NCBI GenBank assembly: GCA_951406725.2
Contig: OX597814.1
Location: 163,494,001-163,558,000 of the forward strand
DNA from: Octopus vulgaris
Taxonomy: Eukaryota
DNA length: 64,000 bases
Direction of reading: 5' to 3'
Each line of letters begins with the position of its first letter. Position 1 is the stretch's first letter. Positions 26,536-57,039 of this stretch are shown in pieces. The notes under the pieces are model-generated. The model was not told the origin of the DNA, searched no databases, and saw only the letters and a list, made by a program, of their open reading frames with translations. The position numbers were made by a program, and so were the translations under genes.

Positions 26536-27005
26536 GTGTGTGAGTGTGTGTGTGAACAAACACATACATAGTTAATTTAGAAAAATATGACTTCCTATTA
26601 TACATAGTGCAAGCATATATATATTTATATCTGATATAGAAATCAATACGTCAGGTAGAGTGGATAGATATATTTATTGTTTAACAGTTTACAAGTGTTT
26701 GTATAGAGAATATATGATATAGTATTCTGTAAAAGAAATATTTCAAATAACACTGTAATTGTATGCGTACGTGTGTATGAATACCTCTCTTAGTGTATGT
26801 GTGTATATATATATATATTTCAATGCTGTTATACAAAACACACACACACATCATTCACATGCTCACACACACACACACACAGAGTTTCTCATATTTCGTT
26901 TTTTTTTTTGAAAGTATCATCATCACTTTCCATATTTGCATGGTGTTAGTCAGGTTTCACAGTTACATTGAGTTCACTATAACCAATTTATTTTCTCCGC
27001 CCTAG

Positions 27006-27106
27006 ATGGAAGAAATTCAACCCTGGTGGAACCTAATGCAAGAACTGAAAAAGTTGGATCTAAACACTGTATAACATTTCCAGTTAAAAAAACCCAATCA
27101 TTTTGA
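27006..27106 (+). other. Candidate terminal exon of an unidentified transcript
   Basis: Acceptor TTTTCTCCGCCCTAG|ATGG. Open in two phases (MEEIQPWWNLMQELKKLDLNTV*; xGRNSTLVEPNARTEKVGSKHCITFPVKKTQSF*), followed by ~0.8 kb of repeat-free AT-rich sequence. Confidence 0.3.
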
Positions 27107-28991
27107 CCATCACTTGCCCTTCGTTTAACAAAATATACTAACTTATAAATTATACACACTAAACTTACCAGAACAGTCATAAACTTAGATAAATAAAACT
27201 ATGTGATTGATAGACTGGTAACAGCTTTCATTCTTTCTTAAATTTCTGTTTCCTATTTATTATATGGATAAGATGATAAATTTTGAATGATGATATAATA
27301 AGCTATTTGAACATTAGCATTTATACTTAAGTCGATGTGGCTCTTACTTCTTATATTTGGACCAATCAAAATTCGCCACATATGAGTTTAAAATAAAATG
27401 AATGTATGGTAGATCTTATGTATAAATTTTATAACAAAACAGTTAGAAAATGAGAAATTATTTTGACTGAGTAGTTTTTGCTCTCTATATTGTGCAGAAC
27501 CATGGAAGTATTTTTTTTTTCATGTGTGAAAATCAATTTTACTGCTGTAGGAATTCAAGATTTAATAGAAGAAATTATTTCACGTGATTATATGCAATGC
27601 TATACTGTCTCAGTAACTAATCTACAATTTTTAAAACTTGTCAATGACGTTGCTATGAATTAAATTAATTTTATGATTTTCTAAAGCTAAAGAAGAACAA
27701 GAAAAGTTTAAAAATTGTAACCTAAATGAATTATCAAAAACAAGATAATTGATAGCAGAGCCAATAGGAAACTAATCTATCGGTTATGTGTTTGGCAATG
27801 GTATGCTCTGTTTTCAGGATTGTCATGTCCTAAGTAGAAACACTTAACATGCACTACTAGAATTTTACTATTTAATTTTTTTAATTATATTTCATTTAAC
27901 CAGAGAGGCAAGAGCTGTACCCATGAAACGTTATTAAAAAAAATCTTTCTACGTCTTTGATACTATCATAAACGCTTGCACCAGAGTGGACTTTACTAAG
28001 TACATCTAAGGCTATAGATGAAGTCAACCGTCCAAAACCTCAGAATATAAAAGCATGGTGGGTAAGCAATAGCAATACTTAGTAATTAATGAATTGTCTT
28101 GCGGTGATCAGTTCAATTCCTCCCAAAGGAAAAGCTACTCATTATAAATTGGTATTCCTGAAAGGTAACACAGTGTTTCTGCTTCTGCAATTACAGCCAC
28201 CCTAGGCTACACCATCTTAAAAGAAGGTCACTCAATTGATAGACAGTAACATAGTACAACCACTGACTCACAGATGTGACCTTTATTGTAATAGCTACAT
28301 CTATTATGACTTCAAGGGCTCTGATCTTCTGAATCAGGAAGTTTCTCCTCCCTTTATACCCAACGTCTCACCACCTAGATCCTATATGAGACACTTTGCC
28401 CAGAATTTCAACCTTCAGTAATTTTCTCACCATGCACTTATTTCTGGTATGCAATGAACCATAGATGTTTAAGCTGGACACCATAGATCCAATCATTCTG
28501 GAAGAGCCTGTTAAAGTCCCCAAGTATTTCCACTCTGTATTTCTTTTATATTAAAAATAGAAACCAGGAATAAACACTTATTCTATAGGTTAGTGGCCTC
28601 AACCTGTTTAATATCCAGGCCAGATCCAAAACCAGGATATTTTAGGGGTCTGCACTGCAAAAAATCAAACATCAGTCAATTGAAGAAAATTTTATATTTA
28701 TAGAGGGAAGGCTGTTGAAGGCTGCTTGAGGGCTGCATAAGGCCCTGAAAGCCATGGTTGAAAATCATTGTGATAAATTGTTGCAATTAAGAAAAGGATT
28801 GAACTAGCAAAATAATTTAACTCATATTTTTGCTTTGTATTGTAGTACATCTTATTTATATATAAATATGTGTGTGTGTTAGGGCAGTAGCAAAAAACAG
28901 AAAACTAGTAGAGCTGTCAAATTGAAAAATCTAGAACTACAATTCTTAATCTCAATTATGTAGCTTGTTTTCTTTCTCACACACACACACG

Positions 28992-29022
<31 letters not shown>

Positions 29023-29481
29023 ATTCTCTCTTTATTTTATTCTAGTTAATACTCTTACTTGTAACCCCGCCCCAAGCAGACCTAAACAGGTTTTCAAATG
29101 CTTTTAGCTGTCACTAGAATTTTCACATACCCTCACACACACACACACACGCACATGCACACTACACACTGAAACATATGTGTGTGTATGCATCTAGCTA
29201 GATAAATAGACTAATATGGATATATAGTTATGTACACATTCACTCACAAATAGCTCACCAAACCGCACCTTCCAACAGGTAACAAGAGCTGGAAGAAATA
29301 TATAAAGCTTTATTTTGCCAATACTTAATCTATTTTGCCAATCCTCCATACTTAATATAATTGTTTCTAATTTAGGCACAAGGCTAGCAAAATAATTTTG
29401 ATTACAGTTCTTGACTGGTACTTTACCTTATTGACACAGGAGGGATGAAAGGCAAAGTGAACCTCAGAAGGATCTGAACTC

Positions 29482-29483
<2 letters not shown>

Positions 29484-29536
<53 letters not shown>

Positions 29537-29537
29537 C
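29484..29537. repeat. (TAA)n microsatellite
   Basis: Pure TAA run directly upstream of a Dong-like fragment. Confidence 0.9.
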
Positions 29538-30168
29538 ATAAGGTTTCATATTGGCAGCACAAGATCAAAGCTTGCTTACCAAAAACTACCAGTCAAAACG
29601 GTTCTGACCCTAAGTGCAGATTCTGCAATCAATTTGATGAAACAATAGACCACCTCGTCTTGGGATGACTTGTGCTGATACCAAACGAATACAAAAATTG
29701 CCATGTTGGGGTAAACAATATTTACATTGGAAAATATGTAAACACTACAAAATCAGCACTCCTGCTTACTGATATAAACATAATCCTGAGCCAGTTGTTG
29801 AAGGTAAAAATGTCACTATCCTCTGGGATTTTCCAGTCAACACCAACAGAATGATCCAGACTAATTGACCAGACATAGTCATTAGAATACTTGTAGACTT
29901 ATAGATGTAAATGCTCCCATTGATAAAAATATATTTGTAAAGGAATTTGACAAATTAAGTAAATATAAGGACCTGGAAATTGAAATACAAAAGATATGGC
30001 ATCTTAAAGCAAGAACTGTTTCTGTTATTGTGGGTGCTCTTGGTATGATAAGAAAGGAATGTCAGAAACATCTTGATAATATCCCAGGAGAACCATTTCT
30101 CAGAGAAATCCAAAAGATTGTGCTGACAAGTTCTGCCCACATCCTTAGAAAAATCCTATCAATTTAAA
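29538..30168 (+). mobile_element. 3' fragment of R4/Dong-like LINE
   Basis: GFILAAQDQSLLTKNYQ, DPKCRFCNQFDETIDHLV, VTILWDF and KLSKYKDLEIEIQKIWHLK...VIVGALGMI are present. Confidence 0.8.
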
Positions 30169-32649
30169 TATATGTGTTGTATTACATGAAGATATTTACC
30201 TACTACCCCTGCCACTTCCCTTCCCCAAGCTTTCAGTCATTCTGTTACATCTCTTATCTAATTCAGAGTAATAAATGCATGTCAGGGTTCCAGCTATAGG
30301 TTAATTAACATGTTATGGAAGAAATTCCAAGCTCAAACCCTTATTACTTTTTCAGTACCTTATAAAAGGAAAAGAGCAAAGGAGTCAACCTTGATATCAA
30401 ATCAAAGAAAGTAGCCCTTCAAGTAGTCTGGTGCCCTTTTTGACAACTCCAGGGTAGTTGCAGCTCTCTAGCCCTGTAAGGCAATTTGTAATGAAGAAAG
30501 CCACTCCAATGTAAATCTTACAGCTTGCTGGTCATGGCAGTTATCTTAAGCCTGCTGAGTCGCTGTTAATTTGTCAAGTCTAAAGAACAGGATTGGATTG
30601 TGAGGAGTGACTCCCTACTAAGCACTGACAGGAGAAAAACCCTGCATCCTCAAGGATCATTTTAGCCTATTAAGGGCATACTGCTCTTCATCGTGATCTT
30701 TGGGCATGAAGAAACTGCCATCAATATAAAGGTAGAGTGTCTAGTTTAGATGATTGTCTGAGAGAGAATAGGATAAGGGAGAGAGAAAGAATAGGAAGAG
30801 AAAGAGAGAGACAGAGAGAGAGAATGGTAAGAACAGAGAATTTATTATTATTTAAAGTTTTGTTTTGAATTTTTAAAATGCCTGTTTTGAGTTGAAATGC
30901 ACAAAAAAATTCCAGCCAGGTTTTGACAAAAATCTGTTATGGCATTCATCTAATCTGTGATTATAAAGAGTTTTTTTTTTCTGTTTATCATCATTATTAT
31001 TATTATTATGGTGCTGAGTTGGCAGAACCATATGTGTGTTGGACAAAATGCTTTGCAACATTTCTTTTGCCTCTTTACGTTCTTTGTTTAAATTCTTCTG
31101 AGACTGACTTTGCCTTTTATCTTTCAGGGTTGATCAAATAAGTACCAATTGAGCACTGGTGTCAATTTAATTGACTAGTCTCTCCTTAAAAATTTCAGAT
31201 CTTGCCTATAGTGGAAAAGATAATTATTCCCCTCCCTCAAAATAGCTGGCCTTGTGCCAAAAGGTTAAATCATTATTATTATTATTTTTTAAAATTTATT
31301 TTAATTTTATTTTTTTGACATTTGATAGTTTCAGGCAAATTTCTATTGCATCACCTGCTACACCTCTATGTCACTGAGGTATGTGCAGCATTGCGTGTTC
31401 TTTTTTGTTGTTGGAGGAATGCAAGCTCTTCCTGGTATGGTATTCCATCTATTTGTTTTGCTATGGTGTTTGGTTGAAGCCTTTTGTTGTGTTAGTGTTT
31501 GTATTGTGTGTTGCATGTTTAATGTGAGTTGTGTTCTCTTGTTGGGTGTCCAGTTTTTAGATTACATGCTGTGGGAGTGATTTAATTTATTGGATATTTA
31601 CTGTATAGAGTATGTATAGAGTAATATTTATTGGATATTTATTGTAAATGTGTATGTATGTATGTGTGTGTGTTTGCGTGTGTGTTTGTCCCATCACCAC
31701 CACCATTGCTTGACAATCGTTGTTAGTGCATTTGCGTCCCTGTAATTTAGCTGTTCAGCAGAAGAGGCTGATAGAATAAGCACCAGGCTTACAGGGAATA
31801 AGTCTAGGTGGTACTCCAGCATGGCCACTGTCAAATGACCGAAACAAGTAAAAGAATACCAGAAAAAAGTTCCATACCACTAAACCAAAGAGGTTCTTTG
31901 AATATGTACAATGTCTTTTAAGATTAACTAGTAATTTAACTGAGATATTTTGGTTGGATTATATAGTCATCAGTGTTACATTACTTTCTACATTCTGTAG
32001 CTGTCACAATATACTTTTCTAGGCCTGAAATTTTTGTTGGGAGGTGGGGCCAGTAGATCGACCCCAGTACACAACTGATACTTAATTTATCGACCCTGAA
32101 AGGACGAAAAGCAAAGTTGATCTCGGCAGAATTTGAACTCAGAACATAAAGACAGACGGTCATAATATATAAACATTTTTCTCATGGAACCAGTACACTG
32201 TTTACAGATGCTTACATTTTTTGCTTTCCCTGAATTTTACAGCTAATTATTATTATTATTGTTATTATTAAGGTGATGAGCTGACAGAATCATTAGCATG
32301 TCAGACAAAATGTTTAGTGGCATTTCTTCCACCAATAAGTTCTGAGTTCAAATGTTGTCAAGATTGACTTTACCTTCCACCCTTTCAGGGCTGATGAAGT
32401 AAGTACTAGTTAAACACTGGGGTCAATGTGATCGACTTGTCCCCTCCCCACAAAACTTCAAGGCTTGTGCCTATAGAAGAAATGATCATTAATCCTTCAA
32501 CTCATTCAGCCAAGAGAATTAGAACAGAGAAAACACAAGAATTCATATAAACAGCCTGTCTTGAATTCTTCTATTAGAATCTGGAAAACTGTAATAAACA
32601 GGAGCAGATTAAGAAGCAAACTCCCAAAGGAAGGTTACACAGATGCTGC

Positions 32650-32960
32650 AAGGTACAGTCCAGAAGTTTCAAGACTTTTGTAGAAGAGGCAATTATAACT
32701 GCCCTAGATAATTGTATTTTTTGTATATCATTAATATAGATCTAATAAGCTAACCTATCAACATTTTTTAAATTACAAATTGAAGGAGGTGATTATAACA
32801 GCACTTTGAACACACCTGACTAAACATTGTTTGTTATGGATAACTAGTTTGCAGAATGCAGTCAGGATGTGAAGAAAATTTGAAGATTGCTATGCTGTAA
32901 CGTTTTGTATTAAACATGACAAAAACGCTACAGAAACCTATGAAATGCTACCAGTTGAAA
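32650..32960 (+). mobile_element. Degenerate mariner 5' fragment
   Basis: YAVTFCIKHDKNATETYEML resembles a mariner transposase N-terminus. Confidence 0.5.
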
Positions 32961-33440
32961 GCTCTGCATACCAGAAGCCAGCAAGTGTATGGAGGTCATC
33001 AGGAGATAATGCATGCCGTTTTGGGGCCTACCTCTCAACAGCACCATTGTGCACTGACACAAGGCCCTGCTTGCTAGATCAACTGGTTATCAAATATAGC
33101 TCAATATTCTTCTAGCTATCGCTCATCGTCTCTTTTTAACCAGATCCAGTGGCTAGCCTTTTCCACTGTAGTTTGTATATCATTCATGGTGGTATTTACT
33201 TTAGGATGAGTTAGGCCTAACAATAACAACAGTTGCCTCACACTATGTCCAACAAAGCATCTACATCTAACTTCAATTGGAAAATACTCTGCTTTCCAGC
33301 CTGCATCTTCACATTCTTCAAGGTCAATCTTTCAAGCCTGAGTGACGTCCATGTTATCTTCATGAGGAACTGTTAACTCAACTAGATTCGCTACTTTCTT
33401 TTTCTTTCACACCACATTATAATATCCAGTTTTTCCATAA

Positions 33441-33874
33441 CTGATTAGCTATACTGTAATTCTCTCCTACCTTCATGATTTTGGTTGTTTATAGTTTAAT
33501 GCCTTTGTATTTGTTTCTTTCTAAAGCAGGAGAATCAGACTTATTTTGTATTGGGGGCAGAATTAAAGCACAAACAGAATTTTCTGGGATGGGTAAGGAC
33601 AATTATTCATAATGTATACCAAAGTAACTGGCTAAAGAGATCACTATATATTGTAACAACTTTATATTAATAAGGAAATGAATATGAGAAAAGAATACAT
33701 TAGCTTAGAACTGCTGTAGTTGATTATCAAGAAGTGTATAATGCATTGACCATATTTTGTCATAGACAAAATCTCCATATCATCTAAACTAGTTCTTTTT
33801 CTGATTAGGTATACTGTAATTCTCTCCTACCTTCATGACTTTGGTTGTTTATAGTTTAATGCCTTTGTATTTGT
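33441..33874. repeat. 74-bp direct repeat pair, 360 bp apart
   Basis: 33441-33514 and 33801-33874 differ at two positions. Confidence 0.9.
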
Positions 33875-34614
33875 ATTAAGGTAAGAGTCCTTAGAGTGAG
33901 AGCAGAGATAGATATTGCCCAAATGAAAGCATGCAGTTATTGAAAAGACCAGTGCTTGATAGAAAGCTTGCATTGTTTCAGCAGTAAAGCTTTGCCATAT
34001 TGTACATATAAACAGAATTCATTCAGATAAATGTGCAAATTTGAAAAGAGAAATTTCATTTGGCTTAGTGTAAAGGGGAAAAAGGCCACAACTTTTAGTT
34101 TATGGATTTATAAACCTTCTTTTATAATGGCAGAGATAACAAAAGATGCCTCAAGGTGCACTGAAATGACTAATTTGAAATGGTGTTGATTTCAATGAAA
34201 CAGTGAATTTGAATTTTTTATTGAGCAGGGGACCAGATTGAAATTTGCTGTGGGCTGTATGTTTGATACTCCTATTCTAAAGTATCTCCTTTACCCAGAT
34301 AGCAGTTCATAGTAATACTGCTATACCAGTCACTGGGAATACCACCTGCTACATAAATGAATATGCAATGAACTATGTCCTACTTAGCCAGTTATTTTAA
34401 GCATCTTGAGACTGTTTCAGACTATTATTAGAAATAAAACCTCATACCTAATTATAAATAACCTGGATGTTGTACTCTGTCGCCTATTTTAAGCATTTTG
34501 AGATTATCCCTGCTTTCTTATCCTTAATGGTCTTTTCTATCATCTGGCAGTCAATTTCAATAGTGATTCCCTCTACTGGATCCACTTGGGATAATCCCAT
34601 TTTTATACACATCC

Positions 34615-34810
34615 CTCTCTCTCTTTCGGAGAGGCACAAGCACCTACACACACGGCAGTAACTTCCGCCTACCAAATTCAATCACAAAGCTTCGGTTGGC
34701 CCGGGGCTATAGCAGAAGACACTTGCCCAAAGTGCCACACGATGGGACTGAACCCGAAACCATGTAGCTAGGAAGCAAGCTCCCTAACCACACAGCCATG
34801 CCTGCGCCTA
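34615..34810 (-). mobile_element. Short tRNA-derived SINE (sister copy at 39180-39365)
   Basis: Minus-strand head TAGGCGCAGGCATGGCTGTGTGG...GGGTTCAGTCCC. Both copies share a distinctive tail ...GTGCCTCTCCGAAAGAGAG. Confidence 0.8.
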
Positions 34811-37243
34811 CACATATTTTTCTTATTCAGCAACTGATTGAAGTATTGCTTGTATGCCCCTATTTTTCTTAGCTTCAGTGTGAGTACATTAATATCATTG
34901 TGTGCATTGTTTGTCAGTCTTGATAGACACTGACACATTGCCTTGCAAACTGGATCATATCATTGTGCAGAACATCAACAAACCTCACTTGATATTAGCT
35001 GCTCCCCCGCTTCCCATGTTTGTATGGCTCTCTCTTTTTTACTATTTAACTACCATGTCACTCCCCTGTTGGCTGGTTATGGGAACTTATTCTGTTTGTA
35101 AACCTGGTCTGGAGACTGAACCTCTCTCTTCCTCCTTGTCAAAACATTGCAGTGTCTTGAAAGTTAACTATGGTAGATTGAACATTTAGTTTCTACAGCT
35201 GTCCAGTACCTTGGACAAGGGTTTTCTGTTTTACCTCTGGGATGACCAAAATCTTGTGAGTAGATTTGGTAGATGGCAATTCACTCACAAAAAAAGTCCA
35301 TCTTAAATGTGTTACTTTGTCTTCTCCTTGTTGTCTATAAACATCATCACTATACAAGTAGTGTCATTAGAATGCTATCGTCTGTGAAAATATGTCCAGC
35401 CACTATGCTATTCATGTTTGAAGAATTAGAGGGAACAGGAAGGGCAAATGGCCTTAGAAATTTTGTTGGCTCTATGCAAGCTTGGGGAAGTAGACAACAA
35501 TGACAATGATGATTATCTGCCTTCTTCAAGTTATCTCTAAGTTCACTAGGGGAAAATTTTAGTATTTATAATTTGCTGTTATCATGCTTTCTTGTAAAAA
35601 TGATGTCTACCTAGCTAGCAGGTTTCCGAGTGTTAGCTGTAGTAGTTAGTTTATTTTCTGAAATATATGTTTAAAATTTTTAAGTTAGTTGCATCACAGA
35701 AGTTGAAGAGACTTGATCCCTCTTTATTACAATATCTTACATGTCATCGTGATATCATCCAACATATCTAATTAAATTAGCAGCCTTTATAATGAGGTCA
35801 CTATTGTCGCTTTAGAAGTAGTCTAAATTTTTCGCTCATTTGTCAGTCCTGATTGCAGTGCTTTTGCAAAGGATATTATTGTTACCATGTTGCTTATGAT
35901 GTCAAGACTTAATTATTACACCATAATCTACTCCAACCAAGCAAAAGAATTTGCAGTTCTGGAGTCAAACCAAAGCTAAACATCATCACTCACTTTGTAC
36001 ACAACACACAGCTGCTCACTCCTATCATCTCCACAATCTACTTCCATCATGCTAGGTTTAATGGTGATAACCTTTAAGTACTGCATCTCAAGGGAAGAGA
36101 ATTGCTGGGATTGCTTGAAGTTGAGTGCTCACACATGGTTGTCCCATTATCAAGCACAACATTAACAATAATGGTAGATAGTTCAGTTAACATTTTCATT
36201 AAATTTCATATGTTTGGATATAATTTGGTAAGAGTTTTACAACTGGATATCCTTCCAATCAACAACTACTTTACCAATGAATTAAAAGCATTTTGGTGTG
36301 ATACCAACAAGAGAGGATAGTTGCACTTGTATACAGGAACTTTTATTCAGTTATTGAGTTCACACCTTTTCTGTATGACATGGGGATAAAAATAAAACAA
36401 ACAAAATTCCTTTTTGCCGGTTTCTGGATTTGTTTGGAGTGTCTAACTCTATAGACACATCACCTTCACTATCTGTCAATGATATTGCTTAGTGGGGTAA
36501 GATAGCATTTAGTCTAAAACTGTATCCACCGCATAAGTAGATTGTACCATCATCATTTTACAATTACTTCTCTGTGCAAGTATGGGTTGGGTGGGTCAAA
36601 CGTCTTGCTCATACGTTCATTTTGGCATGATATCTGCAGCTGGCTATTCTTCCTATCACTTTGCAAATTGTACTAAGTATATTTAACCATGACATCTTGA
36701 GTTGTCTCCACCTGTAAATTCCTCTCCTTCTCACTCAACTAGGTGTGCAGACAGTGACAATTTGTCTTGTCACATTGTTGATGTGATAAGAGGGTAAGAG
36801 AAAAAAACAAAAACTGTAACCTCAATGTATTACATCTCGTGTTATTTTCACATTTGTTTAACATGTCTATGAGTGAGAGAGATAGCATACATTCTCATAC
36901 ACAATTTACATGTTTCATAGTGCGTTACAGGACTTTTCCTCATGCATACAGTAAAATCTACATCAAGTGACAAACGGTCTGACAAAGTGAACATTTATTG
37001 TTCTAACTATACACTGATATTGTCCCTATTTACAGCTACAAGAACTGGGACAGCTAAAGTAAAATGTTACCAGCTCAATATAGTGCATTATCAGTGACAA
37101 GATATGAACCAACCACCATTTAGTTCATTGGCTGTTACCTCATCATCAGCTAATTAATTTTATCCAACAAATACTGAATATGAAAAAAGAAAAATCATAA
37201 AAGAACTCTCTTGGAGAAGTGCATATATAAACATGAAATTTTC

Positions 37244-37360
37244 TTTATTATTGGAAAAATGTGAGGAGTCATTACTCTTTCTATCCAACATTTTAATAAA
37301 ATTCCAAATAAACTTATTGAAATAAACAAATTCATCATTAGAGGGAAAAAAAATTTTATT
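37244..37360 (-). terminator. Candidate RUVBL1 polyadenylation signals (AATAAA on minus at 37355-37360 and 37244-37249)
   Basis: TTTATT hexamers on the plus strand, downstream of the RUVBL1 stop codon. Confidence 0.45.
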
Positions 37361-37391
37361 TAAGAAATTATGTGTTGTGATGTACTTTCAT

Positions 37392-53714
<16,323 letters not shown>

Positions 53715-53739
53715 TCAACTTCAGTCGACAACGATATTT

Positions 53740-53880
53740 CTTTCTCTCCGTCCAACTGAAAATGGCGTTCACGCGTGCCGTAAACCGGGTTATGATACTG
53801 TCGTTCAACACAACCCTCGTGTACGATTTTTTTTTGTTATTCTTGTTGAAGAATCATGAAATGACGTAATATTACATAAA
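53740..53880 (-). promoter_or_regulatory. RUVBL1 core promoter candidate
   Basis: CpG-enriched. Minus-strand CGCCATTTTCAGTT is a YY1-like motif (53759-53767) overlapping an Inr-like TCAGTT (53754-53759). CRE-like TGACGTAA at 53862-53869. Confidence 0.55.
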
Positions 53881-54188
53881 AATTTTAAAAAATTAATTAA
53901 ATTAAGACAACAACAGAACTGCAAAAATATTACGATTGTGGGATAATCATTTTTTTTATTATAACGAAACGCCACCTATACGGCATAGTTATAACGTCTA
54001 AAAACAAAAAGAAACATATACTGTAGGGTGGAAAAAAACTGAATAAACATTGAATTATTTGTAAAATAATTCCCTGTGTATATAATATTAACCTTAAATA
54101 TAGATATCTAAAAACTAGTTAAATATTATATATATATATATATATATATAGAAAACCATGTTGCTTTTAAATTAACGACAGTCAAACA

Positions 54189-54217
54189 GTTTCTTAGTAA
54201 CACATTGTTATGGCAAC
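54189..54217. promoter_or_regulatory. Tandem RFX X-box-like motifs
   Basis: GTTTCT-T-AGTAAC (54189-54201) fits GTHNYY-N0-3-RRNAAC. ATTGTT-AT-GGCAAC (54204-54217) has a canonical half-site. Both lie upstream of a ciliary-gene homolog. Confidence 0.6.
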
Positions 54218-54805
54218 AGTAACTACGAGTGTAATGTAATTAATCCTTTATAATCAATGTTTCCAAAGACTAGTTTCCCCAAGAAACAAATATACAGTGC
54301 ACCTCAACAAAAAGTAGTATTACTTTCTGTAATTACACTAATAATGTTTTGTTTGTGAGGAGACAAAATATCAATTTGTACAGATCGTTATTATCGTGCA
54401 TAAACAACCAAACTGATAGGTTTGTTTTTATTGATTGATATAATTATTGATGTATTGATGTATTTTCTCAGGCGATTCTCATGTATAAGTGATTTTATTG
54501 ATTTAGTTATCGATGTATTGATATTATTGATTTGGCTATTGATATATCGATATTATCGAAATTGTTATCAGCGTTTCAATATTGATATATCAATATGTGT
54601 CGGAGTTGTACTTGTTTGGCAAGTAACTTGATCTGAGAACGTGTGTTAAAACTGAATAATTATATCATGGAAGGGTCATTTTAACCACTTATGAACACAC
54701 ACAAAGTATTATATTCTCTCTCTTTCTCTCTCTCTCTTCTTCTTATTTCTATAATGTACGGCCTTTTATGAAGTGTTAAAAAGTTTTGTCGTACTAGTCA
54801 TTGAC

Positions 54806-54935
54806 CACTAGCATAGCTAGAGGGAGGCGGCACCACTTTTGGGCCTGCTGTAGGCAATATGTACTTTTTGTGGGGGCCCAGGGGTGACAAACTGAAGGGC
54901 CGCCCCTGGCAGCACACACTCTCGCTATGCTCGTG
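54806..54935. mobile_element. Small MITE with 15-bp TIRs
   Basis: CACTAGCATAGCTAG and CTCGCTATGCTCGTG are 13/15 complementary. The GC-rich core stands out from the flanks. TSD not resolved. Confidence 0.55.
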
Positions 54936-55278
54936 ATTACGGACACATTTCTGCACGCAGTTAAACTGTATTCGTGACCAGGTCGCAGAAGTGCGACGAA
55001 ACTTGTTGACATTTCATAATAGACAGTACTGTTAAGAAATTAAACGAAAAATGAATGTAACAATTTCTGTGCATTCTTAAATGACTAAAACAACTTCCCA
55101 CTCACGATAAAATTTTGTAATTGTACTAATATTTATTGATTTCCATGTCACAAACTAGTATTAGATGGGAATTTCCTTTGTGGCCGTTCTTTTTTTCTAG
55201 AAATAGTAGCCAAATTTCCTTCAAATCATAACCCTTCGTCTTAAAAAATAAATGACTTGTTCAAGATTCACTGTGTCC

Positions 55279-55312
<34 letters not shown>

Positions 55313-57039
55313 AAATGTCAGACATTTTCAGAAGGATCCTAAGCTTACTGGATTAAGCTCGACCTGGGCTTAACAACAACTGGTATTTATATTATGAGTC
55401 ACGATGATATTAAAGATATAACCACGTCCAAAAACTATTTAACTCTAAATGATAAAGAGTAAAATTAATTAACCTTTTATCCTTCATATACACCCGGAAT
55501 GCATTACAGAAATAGGTTCACCTGAGTATTTGACTGGCACTGTATTTCATTGTCCCCAAAAGAACAAAAGGCAAAGTTGGCCTCATTAGGATTCGAAATC
55601 AGAATACTGCCAAATATTCTAACAATTATGCCAATCCAGAATCCTTTTATCCAATACCTTACTATTTCTACCAATATATTCCTGTTTTTCAGCCCCAGGT
55701 CAATTGTTATCGTGCAGATCTGCATTCAAAAGTGTTTTATGTCTTTCTTTTAAGAAGAGTTTAGTTTGAGAAAAAAATTGTTTGCTACTTTTAGCAGGTT
55801 GGCTGGCTACATAGTAGTTTCCCTATAGGTTAATTTCTACCGTTATATTGTTACTGATATTGTTATTGATATGGAGATAGGCAGCAAAATAAATGCATTG
55901 CAGTTTTTAATTTCGTACCTTTAGATCTGGAGATTGAAGCTCACCTAGATTAACTTCATCCTTGAATCCATGGAATAAGTAAGTAATGATAATATTCTAA
56001 GATTAAATTAATCAATGATATCCCAAGCTGAAAAAATAAAAAAGTAAAAAAAAAAAATTGGTGTCTCTTCATGGTTGATTGACATGCAAGAAATAGCAGC
56101 TAAATCTTCCTCAAATCATGCCTTGTTGTCTTCAGATCGGATACACTAGATTGTGTAGTCTGGAAAAAGGATGGGATCATCATAGTTGGAATGCATTTGA
56201 CCATAGGTCTGCTTGGTCAGGGTTGACCTTAGTCTAAACTGCAACAACACAAATAAAAGAAAAAAAGTAGAAAGAAAAAATAAACTTTTGCATATTAACA
56301 GAAGTCAATATATTGATAAGTTTGTTAATATTGTTACAAATATTTTGATGAGCAATGTGTAACCATAGATAAGTCCTCAGCACTTTTGATTCAGTTCCAT
56401 GTTGAAGCCATTTTGTACTTTTTTTTTCATTTTGGACAGGTGGGATGTCTTTTAAAAGTGATTTAGCTACTATTTATGGGAAGTCAAATGATCAATTACA
56501 GACTCTGGATTTTCCATTCATATTGCATATAACTAAAATGCTCATGATCAGGGTTCTGATACATCACCGCTTATTAAAAAAGCAGGTTTATTGTGTTTGA
56601 ATCCTATAATGGTACACTGAAGTCATTAATATTAACAATCCAGAACTTTCCAGCCTTGGTATCTGTTGTGCTTTTCACTCCCTCCCTTACATTCAAAGCT
56701 AAAGGAATTATTGTGAGACTGCAGGAACTAAAATATATTATAATGGAAATTTGGTATCTGATAATACTTTGACTGTGGCTTGGACAGTATAAGAAAAACA
56801 GCATGTCCAAAACATTTTACTGTGACCTGTAAAGAGAAATAATAGTATTCTTTGGTTGAAACTTCAGCATTTGTTCATTTCCAATTTATTAACTGGCAAA
56901 TCTCTGCTATGAAACTATCCAGTGTTTCACATCCTAAATTTTAGGATAGCATGCCCAAAATAAAGATGTGATGATCACAGTTGGGCATTCTTTTCATGCA
57001 TATTTCAGTCTGTGTTATCAGAGGTCTGATCAAACAGAA

